DNA of 64,000 nt. Origin: Alphaproteobacteria bacterium. GTDB lineage: Bacteria > Pseudomonadota > Alphaproteobacteria > JAAXGF01. The stretch spans positions 1,728,001 through 1,792,000 of the forward strand of contig CAUVXB020000002.1 of assembly GCA_963555825.3 (NCBI GenBank), in the 5' to 3' direction. Under the pieces are notes generated by a model that did no database searches, was not told where the DNA came from, and saw only the letters and a program-made list of their open reading frames with translations. A program made the position numbers and the translations under genes. Below are positions 11,312 through 22,181 of the stretch, piece after piece (within the stretch, counting starts at the first letter, position 1; each line of letters begins with the position of its first letter).

Positions 11312-12212
11312 CGCGTGTTCGTCGCCGTGGTCGACGCACGAGGATTTTCAGCGGCCTCCCGGGTGCTACGGATGCCGTTGTCGACGGTCGGCCGAATAAT
11401 TGCTGAACTCGAGAGCCATATTGGCGCTCAATTGCTGACTCGCTCCACGCGCAAGGTCGTCGTCACCGACAGTGGATGGCGTTATTTGCGAGGATGCCCA
11501 GCGCATCCTCGATGCCGTCGAGGACGCGGAGCGCCAGGTTTCTGGAGAACATCAACAGCCGATGGGGGACTTGACGATTACGGCGCCAACCCTCTTCGGT
11601 CGCCGTATCCTGCTACCGATCGCCAACAGCTTCATGCGGATCCATCGCGACATTACCATTCGGTTCCACTTGACGAATGCCGTCGTGGACTTGCTGGCGG
11701 AGCACATCAATCTGGGAATCAGGATCGGTCCGCTGGCGGACAGTTCCATGATCGCCAGTCAGGCGGGAACGATACGCGAGATCGTTTGTGCCAGCCCCGA
11801 TTATATCGCCCGACACGGTCGTCCCCTCTCGCCGCGCGAACTCGCCGGGCATCAATGCATTACATACGCTTGGTCCGACGCCCCAAAAGAGTGGGCGTTC
11901 AAGTCGGCGACCGGGCACAGCCAACGCGTACCCGTCCAGGCTACGCTGGCGCTGAACTCGGTGGAGGGGATCGTACTCGCGGCCGTGCAGGATGCCGGCG
12001 TCGCAATGGTCTACGCCTATCAGGCCGCACACCATATCGCCGACGGTCGCTTGGAGATCGTTTCGAGCGACTATGAGGTCGATCCGCTACCCGTGAGTTT
12101 CATATACTCTCAAGACAGGCTGGTGCCGCAAAAGGTAAGAGCCTTCATCGACTTCGCCATGCCACGCCTTCGTGAGCGTCTTGCAATCGTCGCGGCGCAA
12201 TGTGCGCAATGA
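11312..12212 (+). pseudogene. LysR-family regulator, 5'-truncated and frameshifted
   Basis: HTH FVAVVDARGFSAASRVL...LLTRSTR in one frame and the substrate domain in another (shift near 11488). No native start codon. Confidence 0.8.
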
Positions 12213-12503
12213 TCCGGCTCGATGACCCGTCTTGGCTCGGATGTCGCGCGGTATTTTGTCGCCCCACGGAGGCAACCACCGGTCCATTCCATAACCATCC
12301 CCTAATCATCGAATCGGATGCCGTGTCGCTGCGCCAATCTCTGCCGTCGGGCGTATGGTGTACAAAGCCCGCTGGGAAACCGGCTTTCCGGGCGCTGGTT
12401 TGACACGATTTCGTAACCAGACCTGGCCCAGCGCGACGTACTTGCCTCGGGTCTCCCGATGGTCGATGGTTGTCGCCGGGATACCACGAGGGGAGGGCGC
12501 GTC

Positions 12504-12878
12504 ATGGCGGGGGTCAAACTGTTCAGGAAGGGCGATCAGGACCTGACGCCGAACGAGCGCGGCGGCGCTGTGCGGGGACTGATAAATCCGACGATTAGCG
12601 CGACCATGGGCGGCGGCATCGGCACGTTCGAGAACTGCGCCAACGAATGGACGGTGACCTACGACGAGGTGCTGTTCATCCACCAGGGCGAGATGACGCT
12701 GCGCGTCGGCGACGACGACTACCGCGCCGGGCCCGGCGACGTCCTGTGGATCCCCAAGGACACGGCGCTGGTCTACATCGCCGACGCCAAGGTGACCTTC
12801 TTCTACGCGGTCTTCCCGGCGACCGGCTCGCCCTCGGCGCGCCAGGAGATCGAATACCCGACGGCCGGGCCGTCGTAG
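12504..12878 (+). CDS. Cupin, EutQ-like
   Basis: WTVTYDEVLFIHQGEMTL...AGPGDVLWIPK. RBS GGGAGG upstream. Confidence 0.8.
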   Translation: MAGVKLFRKGDQDLTPNERGGAVRGLINPTISATMGGGIGTFENCANEWTVTYDEVLFIHQGEMTLRVGDDDYRAGPGDVLWIPKDTALVYIADAKVTFFYAVFPATGSPSARQEIEYPTAGPS

Positions 12879-12908
12879 GCGCGGGCGCGCCGAGCGAAAG
12901 ACGACATC

Positions 12909-14366
12909 ATGCGCCTGCCCCATGGCGATCGGGACGAATTCGGCTTCCGTTGGGACGGCCGCGCGGTGACCGCATGCGTGGGCGACAGCGTCGCCGCCGC
13001 GCTCTACGCCGCGGGCCACCGCGTGCTCGCGCGCTCGCGCAAGTTCCACCGGCCGCGCGGCCTTTCTGGCGCCTTTACCGCCGGTGTGCTGGCGCGCGTC
13101 GACGGCCGGCCGCATCAGCGCCTCGACGCCGTCGCGGCGCGGCCCGGCCACGACGTGCGCTCGCAGAACGCCTGGCCGAGTGCCCGGTTCGACCTGCTCG
13201 CCGCGGCGCGGCTCGTACCCCGGCGCTGGCTGCGCGCCGGTTTCGAGCACCCGCGGATGCTGGCCAGCGGCACGCGCCGATTCGAGGCCTGGGAGCGGCT
13301 GATGCGCCACGCCGCCGGCGTCGCCGCGCCGCCCGCCCGGAGCGCCTGGGGCGCGGCAATCGCCGGCCGGCGCATCGCCGCCGACACCGTCGTCGTCGGC
13401 GGCGGCCCGGCGGGCCACGCCGCGGCGGCGCGCGCGGCGCAAGACGGCGGCTCGGTCGTGCTCGTCTCGCGCCATGCCGAGCCCGGCGGGCTGGCGCGCG
13501 AGACCGGCGTCGGGCTCACGCCGCTGCCCGAGAGCGTCACCGTGCTGGCGGCCCACGACGTCTTCGCGCTTTACGAGGGCGCGACACAGGTTGCCTGCGC
13601 GCCGCGCGACGGCGAAGCGGGTGCAACGCTGATCGACGCCGGCCATGTCGTGCTGGCGACCGGGCGGCGCTCGTGCCCGCCGCTGGTGCCGGGCGCCGAC
13701 CTGCCCGGCGTGCTCGACTGGCACTCGGCGCTGGCGCTCGCCCAGGACCACGCGGTGGCGCCCGGGCGGCGCGTCGCGGTGCTCGGCAGCGGTGTCGAGG
13801 CGGACGCCGCCGGGCTGCTCGCCCGGCTCGGCGTCGAGATCGTCCACGCCGGGCCGGTCGCGGCGCTGCATCGCATCGCCGGCGGTAGCGCGGTCGCCGC
13901 CATCGCGCTCGATCGCGCCGTCATCTGCGACGCGGTGGTCCATTGCGGACCGTGGCGGCCCGATCCGGCGCTCGCCTTCCAGGCCGGCCAGCACGGCGAT
14001 TTCCGCCTGGCGAGCACTGGCCCGGGCGCCAACGTCACGCTCGCCGGCGACACCGCGGCCGAGCCGGTCTCGGTCGGCGCCGCGCTCGACGACCGCGCGC
14101 TGGTCTGCCCCTGCATGGACGTCACGGTCGCCGAGGTGCGCGCGCTGGTCACGGGCGGCATCGATCACGTCGAGGAGATCAAGCGGCTGACCGGCTGCGG
14201 CATGGGGCCGTGCCAGGGCGTGCCGTGCTGGGACCTGCTGGCCGCCGCGCTCGGCGAAATTACTGGGCGGCCGGCCGAGGACTTCGGCCACCCGACCTAC
14301 CGGCCGCCGCGCGCCGGGCTGACCATGGCCCAGGCCGCCGGACTGCATGGGCTGGTCGAGCCATGA
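12909..14366 (+). CDS. Sarcosine oxidase/proline dehydrogenase alpha-like subunit with C-terminal BFD-like Cys cluster
   Basis: GDSVAAAL..SRKFHRPRG N-domain, VVGGGPAG, LATG..P..PGADLPGV, and CPCMD...CGMGPCQGVPC..RPP. Confidence 0.8.
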   Translation: MRLPHGDRDEFGFRWDGRAVTACVGDSVAAALYAAGHRVLARSRKFHRPRGLSGAFTAGVLARVDGRPHQRLDAVAARPGHDVRSQNAWPSARFDLLAAARLVPRRWLRAGFEHPRMLASGTRRFEAWERLMRHAAGVAAPPARSAWGAAIAGRRIAADTVVVGGGPAGHAAAARAAQDGGSVVLVSRHAEPGGLARETGVGLTPLPESVTVLAAHDVFALYEGATQVACAPRDGEAGATLIDAGHVVLATGRRSCPPLVPGADLPGVLDWHSALALAQDHAVAPGRRVAVLGSGVEADAAGLLARLGVEIVHAGPVAALHRIAGGSAVAAIALDRAVICDAVVHCGPWRPDPALAFQAGQHGDFRLASTGPGANVTLAGDTAAEPVSVGAALDDRALVCPCMDVTVAEVRALVTGGIDHVEEIKRLTGCGMGPCQGVPCWDLLAAALGEITGRPAEDFGHPTYRPPRAGLTMAQAAGLHGLVEP

Positions 14367-15514
14367 GCCGGACCGAACGCGCCGAGGTCGTCATCGTCGG
14401 CGGCGGCATCGCCGGGCTGATGTGCGCCTTCTTCCTGACCCGACACGGTATGCGCGACATCGTCGTCGTCGACGCCAACTACCCCCAGGGCGGCGCCTCG
14501 GGGCGCAACGGCACGCTGGTGCGCGGCGGCTTCTCGTCGCCCGAGTGGTGCCGCTTCTACGGCCATTCGCTCGAGCTGTGGCAGGGCCTTTCGGCGATGC
14601 TCGGCGAGAACGTCATGTACACCCGGCGCGGCTACGCGATCATCGCCGAGTCCGAGCGCACCGCCGATATCTGCGCCGAGGCGCTCGCCGCGCACCGCGA
14701 AACCGGCGTGCAATCGCGCGCGCTGAACGCCGCCGCGCTGAAGCGGGTGCTGCCCAACATCGACCACGCGCGGGTGCGCGCGAACGTTTATTTCGACAAC
14801 GGCGGCGTCGCGCCGCACCACGCGGTGATGAAAGGGCTGATGGCGGCGTGCCGGCGGGCCGGCGTCGATCTGCGCTACCACACGCGGGTCACCGGCATCG
14901 AGACGGCGGCCGGCCGCGCCACCGGCGTCGCGATCGGCGACGACCGCATCGAGGCCGACACCGTCGTGCTCGCCGGCGGCGGCCACAACCTCGAGCTCGC
15001 CACGCTGGCCGGCGTCGAGCTCGACGGCGTCGCCATGCGCATTCAGGCGATCGCGACCGAGCCCTTGCGCCCCTTGATCGGCCCTGGCCTCGCGCTGATC
15101 GACCGCGCCGCCTATCTGCACCAGACCGCGCGCGGCGAAGTCATGGGCGGCTGCGAGGTGGTCGAGCCGCATCGCGCGGACATCACCTCGGACCTGCCGA
15201 TAATGGCCGCCACGGCGCACCATTTCGTCACGATGTTCCCGGCGCTCGCCAGCGTCCGCGTGCTGCGCCAGTGGTCGGGCATCCTGCACGTTTCGAGCGA
15301 TTACGGCCAACTGCTCGGCCCGCACCCCGACCTCGACGGGCTATGGCTCAGCGCCGGCTGGCTCTACGGCATCGCCGGCGCGCCGGCCGGTGGCGCGCTG
15401 CTCGCCAAGGCGATCGCCACCGGCGAGATCGACGACCGCATGCGCCCCTTCGCGGTCGACCGCTCCCGCCGCGGCGCGGCCATCACCGAACGCTCGCTGG
15501 TTATGCTCGAATAG
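14363..15514 (+). CDS. FAD-dependent amine/imino-acid oxidoreductase (DAO family, SoxB-like beta subunit)
   Basis: VVIVGGGIAG, GASGRNG and RVLRQWSG. ATGA overlap with the upstream gene. Confidence 0.85.
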   Translation: MSRTERAEVVIVGGGIAGLMCAFFLTRHGMRDIVVVDANYPQGGASGRNGTLVRGGFSSPEWCRFYGHSLELWQGLSAMLGENVMYTRRGYAIIAESERTADICAEALAAHRETGVQSRALNAAALKRVLPNIDHARVRANVYFDNGGVAPHHAVMKGLMAACRRAGVDLRYHTRVTGIETAAGRATGVAIGDDRIEADTVVLAGGGHNLELATLAGVELDGVAMRIQAIATEPLRPLIGPGLALIDRAAYLHQTARGEVMGGCEVVEPHRADITSDLPIMAATAHHFVTMFPALASVRVLRQWSGILHVSSDYGQLLGPHPDLDGLWLSAGWLYGIAGAPAGGALLAKAIATGEIDDRMRPFAVDRSRRGAAITERSLVMLE

Positions 15515-15674
15515 GACCCTTCGGGGCCGTCCCCTAGGGCGGTTTGAACTTCCCCCTCGCCGCGCCAGGAGGGCTATTTTCCGGAAGATGGTGACTTCGA
15601 AAACCCGGACCTTAACCAATGACACGGCGGCCGGTGAGGCAGCGCCAATGTCTCCTTCGGGTCCAGACTGTGTA

Positions 15675-16850
15675 ATACCAGTGAGCGCCTGAATTGACTC
15701 TCGGGATATTCATTGATGGCGGATGATGGCGGATTGTGATTCTATGGTCTCCCACCAGATGTGGGGGATGTCATGGGATCAGCACTCAAGATACGGGATG
15801 ATTTGACGCCTTTGGAGCTTCGGCGCTGGGCTCGCGTGGAATCGTACGGTCGAGCGGCGGCGCGGGCCTATGGGATCGCGAATGCTTTGGAGGAGATGCC
15901 CCGGGCTGATGCCGCGCGGCTTGCGGGGATGGATCGCCAAACGCTTCGCGACGCGGTTGTTCGTTACAATGCAAAGGGATTGGAGGGGCTTCACGACCGT
16001 CCAAAGGGCTACTCGCCGCGGCGGCTGACGGCAGACGAGGAAGCGGCGCTGGCGGCGGTCATCATCGCCGGGCCGGAGCCTGAGCGCGACGGGGTTTGCG
16101 CCTGGACCCGGGCCGATCTGTGCCGCTGGCTGGAGGAGCGCTTCGCCAAGACCTACCACCCCTCGAGCATGACCCGGGTTCTACGGCGGATGGGATTTTC
16201 CCGCCAGAAGGCGCGCCCGAGCCACCCGCGAAGGGACGCCGAAGCGCAGGAGCGCTTCAAAAAAGGGGGCTTCGCGACATCCTGAAGGCGACCGCCGCGG
16301 CGCATCCCGACAAGCGCCTACAGCTGTGGTTTCAGGATGAAGCGCGCGTCGGCAACAAGGGCCGGGTGTGTCACCGGTGGTGGCGCAGGGGCGAGCGTGC
16401 CCCCGGGACGCGTCAAATCGGCTACCAGTGGGCCTACATCTTCTCCGCCGTGCGCCCGGACACCGGCGACGACGTCACCCTGGTGATGCCGAGCGTCAAC
16501 GCCAAGGTCATGGACCTGTTTCTCGCACACTTCGCCGATACCCTGGACCAGGATGCGCACGCCGTCATGATGTGCGACGGCGCCGGTTGGCACGACGAGC
16601 GCGCCCTCACCGTCCCCGACAACGTCACCTTGGCGCTGTTGCCGCCTTACAGTCCCGAACTCAACCCCGTCGAGCGGGTTTGGCTCTACCTACGCGAACG
16701 CTTCCTATCGCTCCGCGTCCTCGACGACACCGAGGCCATCATCGACGCCTGTTGCCAAGCATGGATCGACCTCATCGCAGAACCGGATCGTATGCGAACC
16801 CTCTGCGCCTATCCATGGATCATGAAGGTGATTTCATAGGCTCACTGGTA
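15675..16850 (+). mobile_element. IS630-family element (OrfA 15773-16285, OrfB to 16839, -1 frameshift)
   Basis: IRs ATACCAGTGAGC / GCTCACTGGTA, TA duplication, AAAAAAG slippery site, and WFQDEAR, DGAGWH, LPPYSPELNPVE motifs. Confidence 0.93.
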
Positions 16851-17022
16851 TAAGAACGTTTGCTGCGTGATCTGTACGGCGCGTCTTTGGCTTCGATGAT
16901 CCGTCGCGGCGGGTATTCCGGGATTAAGGATTTTCGCCACTCGTGCGGACCTGTCGGCCGGCTGGCGCCGGTGTGAGCTGCGATTTGGCCGGATATGGGC
17001 GCAATTTGCGGCGCAGAGAGGC

Positions 17023-18465
17023 CTATGCGGTCCTCATCGCCGCGATCAGCGGGTCGATGCCCGTGATGTTCATGACGCGCTTGAGATTGTAGGCCAGCAC
17101 GTGCAGGGCCATCTCGGTCCTCACCCGTTTCAGCGTCTTCGTCTGGAAATGCGTCGCGCCCATCCAGGACTTGATGGTGCCGAAGGGATGCTCGGCCGTC
17201 TCGCGCCGCCGACGCATCGCCTCCGGGTGCTCGTCGAGCCGCCTCTCGACGGCCTCGAGAACATGCTCGTGCTGCCAGCGGGTGATGCGGCGCTGCTTGG
17301 CCGTGGTGCAGCGATGCTTGATGGCGCATCCCTGACAGGCGTTGGTCCAGTAGCGCCGCATGCTCAGCCCCCTCTCCTGGCTGGTGAAGCGGTAGACCAA
17401 ACGCTCGCCGGCCGGGCAGCGATAGACATCGTCGGCGGCCAGATAGACGAAGTCCTGTTTGCCGAAGCGGCCCTTGGCCTTGGCTCCAGAGGTCAGCGGC
17501 TTAGGCAATGTGACGGTGATGCCGGCCTCATCGCAGGCCAGAATCTCCTTGCCGTTGTAGTAGCCGCGATCGGCAACGACATCCAACTCGTCGGTCTCCA
17601 GAGCCGCCTTGGTCCGCTTCGCCATGGCTGAGAGCTGGACGCGGTCGGTGCCCTGATTGGTCACCTCGTGGGCGACGATCAGGTGGTGCTTGGTGTCGAC
17701 GGCGGCCTGAACGTTGTAGCCGACCACGCCGGAACCCCGGCCGCTCGTCGCCATCGAGCGGGCATCGGGATCGCTCAGAGAGATCTGCTGGTCCGGGCTC
17801 GCACGCCGCTCGACTTCAAGCGCCTTCAGGCGCCGCATCTCCTCCTTGAGGATCGCGATCTTGTCGGCCAGACGAGTCGTCTTGGTCGTGCGCGCCAGCG
17901 ACGGCTCTTGCCGGTCGGCGCTGTCCAACTGGTCCAGATAGCGCGCAACGCTCTCCTCGATCTGCGCCACCCGCCGCGCCATCTTGGCCCGCGTGAAGTT
18001 CCTGTCCCGGCTGTTGACCGCCTTGAACTTCGAGCCATCGATCGCCACGCTCGCCTCGGCGAACAGCCCGAGTTGCCGGCACAGCGCGACGAACCGGGCG
18101 CAGACCTTGCGGATCGCACGGCCGTTGTCCTTGCGGAAGTCGGCGATCGTCTTGTGATCCGGCGCCAGCCGGCCGACCAGCCACATCACTTCCACATTGC
18201 GCCCGGCCTCCCTCTCGAGCCGACGGCTCGACTGAACCCGGTTGAGATAGCCGTAGATGTAGAGCTTCAACAAATCGCAAGGATGATAGGCCGGCCTGCC
18301 GGTCGCCAGCGGCTCGACCCGGTCGAACCCGAGGCCGCCAAGATCGAGCTCATCGACGAAGACGTCGATCGCCCGAACCGGGTTGTCGTCCCCGATCCAG
18401 TCTTCCAGGCGCTCCGGAAACAACGTGCCCTGGCTGCGATCGACACCCTCGACAAAACGCTTCAT
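17023..18465 (-). CDS. IS1182-family transposase
   Basis: GRPAYHP..LLKLYIYGY, PDHKTIADFR, IDGSK, SDPDAR, GYNVQ, ADRGY and EHPFGTIK. Confidence 0.92.
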   Translation of the reverse strand: MKRFVEGVDRSQGTLFPERLEDWIGDDNPVRAIDVFVDELDLGGLGFDRVEPLATGRPAYHPCDLLKLYIYGYLNRVQSSRRLEREAGRNVEVMWLVGRLAPDHKTIADFRKDNGRAIRKVCARFVALCRQLGLFAEASVAIDGSKFKAVNSRDRNFTRAKMARRVAQIEESVARYLDQLDSADRQEPSLARTTKTTRLADKIAILKEEMRRLKALEVERRASPDQQISLSDPDARSMATSGRGSGVVGYNVQAAVDTKHHLIVAHEVTNQGTDRVQLSAMAKRTKAALETDELDVVADRGYYNGKEILACDEAGITVTLPKPLTSGAKAKGRFGKQDFVYLAADDVYRCPAGERLVYRFTSQERGLSMRRYWTNACQGCAIKHRCTTAKQRRITRWQHEHVLEAVERRLDEHPEAMRRRRETAEHPFGTIKSWMGATHFQTKTLKRVRTEMALHVLAYNLKRVMNITGIDPLIAAMRTA

Positions 18466-18710
18466 CAGACCCTCCCGCCAAAGCACGAGAGAATCATAAC
18501 ACCATCGACGTTTTTACACAGTCTGGGTCAGCAGCAGACACAAAGCCGCGTCGCTTCCAACGACCGCTTCGTCGCGGGAACCAGACATCGAAGGTCGGGA
18601 TTCTGAATTCTTCGGCGCCAGTGTCGGCTGACGAGCAGGAAGCGGACAGCGAGCGATGACGCCCGCCTGCCGCTAGGAATCGGGAGTTAGGTTCGGCGCG
18701 ACATCTTCGT

Positions 18711-19007
18711 TCAGCGCGCCTCGCCGTTGGCCGGGCGTTGCCAGAAATGAGAGCCCAGACGCGTAGCGAGGATCCAACAGCTGTGATCCCATGGCTGATA
18801 CCAACCAAACAGCGACGCGCTGTCCAATTGAAACCGCCAGGCGACGGCCAGCAAGCTCACGACGCCCACAATCGAACCCACGACAACCCCGAGGGCCTTG
18901 ACCGCCAGCACAAGAAACCAGAGCCACGCGTAGGCCGCGCCGAGGGTGACGACAATAGCGCCGACAAGGTGACCGATTGCCAGCGCCCAGAACAGGAACC
19001 TGTGCAT
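18711..19007 (-). CDS. Small hypothetical membrane protein
   Basis: Two long hydrophobic stretches. Lies between palindromic repeat clusters and may be degenerate. Confidence 0.35.
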   Translation of the reverse strand: MHRFLFWALAIGHLVGAIVVTLGAAYAWLWFLVLAVKALGVVVGSIVGVVSLLAVAWRFQLDSASLFGWYQPWDHSCWILATRLGSHFWQRPANGEAR

Positions 19008-19236
19008 TGGGTTCCTGCGATCAAACGTCGGTTCACCAGACATATCTCAGACAAGCTCCAAGTTCGCGGAAATTGTACTACGATTTGGCCACCAAGGGGA
19101 AGGTATTCCCAGACCGATGACTCGCACCCCGCTACCAGACCCAGGTCGAGTATCAAGTTTGCCCGGTCAGAAATGAGATCCGATTGGCACCACAAACTGA
19201 GACGGATAGCACATTGCGAGATGTCTGCTTCGCGTC

Positions 19237-19398
19237 AAGGCTGTGTGGAAACTCCGATATTTACCACTAATTGGAGAGTGTCCGCTCAAACTTTCTAAAA
19301 TGCACTCTGATGAGATGTCGATTTGGTTGAACTTAGAAATTCGAGAATTCAGAAAAATTCGCGCCTAGAGCGCTCGGAAGCAGTTTTTACACACCCTG
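19237..19398. mobile_element. 162-bp MITE-like element with IS1182-type ends
   Basis: AAGGCTGTGTGGAAACT...AGTTTTTACACACCCTG resemble the IS1182 IRs. AT-rich interior, flanks CGTC/GGTC. Confidence 0.65.
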
Positions 19399-19517
19399 GG
19401 TCACACGGAGACCTCAAGTGAACTTGACTCGAACGTCCGCCTCGGAGCGGTCGGCAGACGTCGAACGCCGATGTTTCGAGTTCCCCTTTTGTCGCCGAAA
19501 GACTCCAACCAGCCGCG

Positions 19518-21005
19518 TCAGGCCACGTCATCGCCGGCGGCCGCGGCGCCGGCGATGCGGCCGAATACCGTGCCCGCGGTGAGCCCGGTTCCGCCCGGGT
19601 AATTGCCCCAGAACAGCCCGCCGACGATCTCGCCCGCCGCGTAGAGGCCGGGGATGGCGGCGAGGTCCTCGTCGAGCACCCTGGCATCGGTGTCGATGCG
19701 CAGCCCGCCGAAGGTGAAGGTGACGCCGCAGGTCACAGCAAAGGCCTCGAAGGGCGGCGTGTCGATCGCGTTGGCCCAGTTCGACTTGGGCACCGCGAGG
19801 TTGCGCGTCGCGCGGCCGTCCTTGACCGTCGGGTCGAACGGTGGGTCGTCGGGCACCGCCGCGTTGAACGCCCGTAGCGTCTCGAGTGCGCACGGGCCGT
19901 CGACGCCGTCGAGCTTGGCGACCAAGTCTTCGATCGTGTCGGCCGTGACCTTGGTGACCTGGCGGATGCGGTATTCGTCGCGCAGCAGATGGGCGACCTT
20001 GGCGTCGAACACTTGCCAGGCGAACTGGCCCGGCTGGCCGAGAATTTCGGCGCCGTATTTGGCGTAGGTGTAGTTGCGGAAATCGGCGCCCTCGTCGACG
20101 AAACGCGCCCCCGCCGCGTTGATCATGACGCCGAACGGATAGGAGTGCTTCTGGAAGCCGTCGCCGACCGCGAGGTCGCCGAACTCGGGCGCGTTGCGGT
20201 CCCAGGCGACCGCGTGGCAGCCCGACCAGTGGCCGCAGGACGCGGCGCCGATGTCGAGCGCCATGCGGTGGCCATCGCCGGTGTTGAAGCGCGTGCCGCG
20301 TACCTTGGCGAGGTCCCAGCCGGGGCCGAGATAGCGCGCGCGCCAGGCGGGGTTGGCCTCGAAGCCACCGCAGGCCACGACAGCGGCGTCGGCACAGAGC
20401 GTCTCGACGCGGCCGGCCTCGCGGACGCGGACGCCGGTGACGCGCGTATCGTCGTGGACCAGAGCGACGGCGCGCGCGCCATAGCGGATGTCGACGCCCT
20501 GGCGCCGCGCGGCGTCGGTCAGCGCGGTGATCAGGCCAGGGCCGCCGCCCACCGTCTCGACCGCCAGGCCGCCCCAGAAGCGGAAGCGGCCATCGACCTT
20601 GAACGCCTGGCGGCCATAGCTCGGCGCGAAGCGCACGCCGTGGCCGCGCAGCCACATCAACGCCGGCATGCTTTGCCGGACCAAGCGCTCGACCAAGTCG
20701 GGGTCGCATCGATAGTCGGTCACGCGCCCCATGTCGTCGAAGAAGCGCGCTTCCGGATAGCCGCCGAAGTCGGTATCCGCGATCTCCGCCTCGGTCAGGT
20801 CGGGCATCAACGCGCGCAGATCGTCGATGCCGTCGTATACGACGCGCATGGCGCCCGCGGCGAAGCGCGAATTGCCGCCCGCCTCGTCCTCGGGCGCGCG
20901 CTCGAGCACGATCACTTCGGCGCCGCCCTCGCGCGCCGCCAACGCCGCGCAGAGCGCCGCGTTGCCGCCGCCGACCACAATGACTTTTGGGGCCTGCTTG
21001 CTCAT
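19518..21005 (-). CDS. tcuA: FAD-dependent tricarballylate dehydrogenase TcuA-like
   Basis: [49 protein letters not shown] and [11 protein letters not shown]. Confidence 0.8.
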   Translation of the reverse strand: MSKQAPKVIVVGGGNAALCAALAAREGGAEVIVLERAPEDEAGGNSRFAAGAMRVVYDGIDDLRALMPDLTEAEIADTDFGGYPEARFFDDMGRVTDYRCDPDLVERLVRQSMPALMWLRGHGVRFAPSYGRQAFKVDGRFRFWGGLAVETVGGGPGLITALTDAARRQGVDIRYGARAVALVHDDTRVTGVRVREAGRVETLCADAAVVACGGFEANPAWRARYLGPGWDLAKVRGTRFNTGDGHRMALDIGAASCGHWSGCHAVAWDRNAPEFGDLAVGDGFQKHSYPFGVMINAAGARFVDEGADFRNYTYAKYGAEILGQPGQFAWQVFDAKVAHLLRDEYRIRQVTKVTADTIEDLVAKLDGVDGPCALETLRAFNAAVPDDPPFDPTVKDGRATRNLAVPKSNWANAIDTPPFEAFAVTCGVTFTFGGLRIDTDARVLDEDLAAIPGLYAAGEIVGGLFWGNYPGGTGLTAGTVFGRIAGAAAAGDDVA

Positions 21006-21125
21006 TCTCAACTCATGTTCGAAACCGCCTCCCGCCGACCAATACTAGCCCGATTCATGGCGGCCCGACACCGCCGGCTGGGGTATGCTGGGCGGGTGCC
21101 GACCGTCGTTCCGGAGGAGGGCCCG

Positions 21126-22147
21126 ATGCTCAAGCTCGAAGAGAAGTTCGAACGCTATCCGCTGACCTTCGGTCCGACGCCGATCGAGAAGCTGCAACGC
21201 TTGTCCGATCATCTCGGCGGCGCCGTCGATATCTATGCCAAGCGCGACGATTGCAACAGCGGTCTGGCGTTCGGCGGCAACAAGGTGCGCAAGCTGGAGT
21301 ACCTGGTGCCCGACGCCATCGCGCAGAACTGCGACACGCTGGTCACCATCGGCGGCATCCAGTCGAACCACACTGGCAGGTCGCCGCCGTTGCCGCGAAG
21401 ATCGGCATGAAATGCCGGCTGGTGCAGGAAAGCTGGGTGCCGTTCAACGACGCGGTTTACGACCGGGTCGGCAACATCTTGATGTCGCGCGTCATGGGCG
21501 CCGAGATCGAGCTGGTCGACGAGGGCTTCGACATCGGCATCCGCGAGAGCTGGCAGCGCACCCTCGATGACGTCAAGGCCAAGGGCGGCAAGCCCTACGC
21601 GATCCCGGCCGGCGCCTCGGTCCATCGGCTCGGCGGCCTCGGCTACGTCGGCTTCGCCGAGGAGGTCCGGGCCCAAGAGGCCGCGCTCGGCTTCGGCTTC
21701 GATTACGTCGTCGTCTGCACGGTCACGGGCTCGACCCACGCCGGCATGGTCGTCGGCTTCGCCGCGGACGGACGCGCGCGCAACGTGATCGGCATCGACG
21801 CCTCGGCGACGCCCGAGCAGACCCGCGCACAGGTCCTGAGCATCGCGCGGAACACCGCCGAGTTGGTCGAGCTCGGGCGCGACATCGCCGCCGACGACGT
21901 CGTGCTCGAAACCGGCTACGCCTATCCGCAATACGGCGTGCCGTCGGCGGAAACCAGCGCGGCGATCCGGCTGTGCGCCCGCATGGAAGGCATGATGACC
22001 GACCCGGTCTATGAGGGGAAATCAATGCAGGGCCTGATCGACCTGGTCGGCAAGGGCTTCTTCCCGGCCGGGGCGAAGGTGCTCTCCGCCCATCTCGGCG
22101 GCGTGCCGGCGATCAACGCCTACAGCTACCTTTACCGCAACGGCTGA
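21126..22147 (+). pseudogene. acdS: ACC deaminase with a single-base frameshift near 21374
   Basis: [33 protein letters not shown]|[14 protein letters not shown] and HLGG (AcdS-diagnostic Glu and Leu). Confidence 0.9.
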
Positions 22148-22181
22148 TTTATCACTGATCCTTGGTATTCGGGAGGCCGCC

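Larger units (their letters stand above)
15664..18525 (-). mobile_element. IS1182-family element with an IS630 inside its right IR
   Basis: Ends CAGACTGTGTA|AGAACG and CGTTTTTACACAGTCTG. 4-bp TSD GGTC at 15660-63 and 18526-29. Confidence 0.88.

Noticed and set aside
11195-11320. Minus-strand coiled-coil fragment (LHDRIAELEAEVASLRA) as an IS66 piece
   Set aside because: Too short, ends in a stop and has no IR. It only marks a deletion junction with the LysR remnant.
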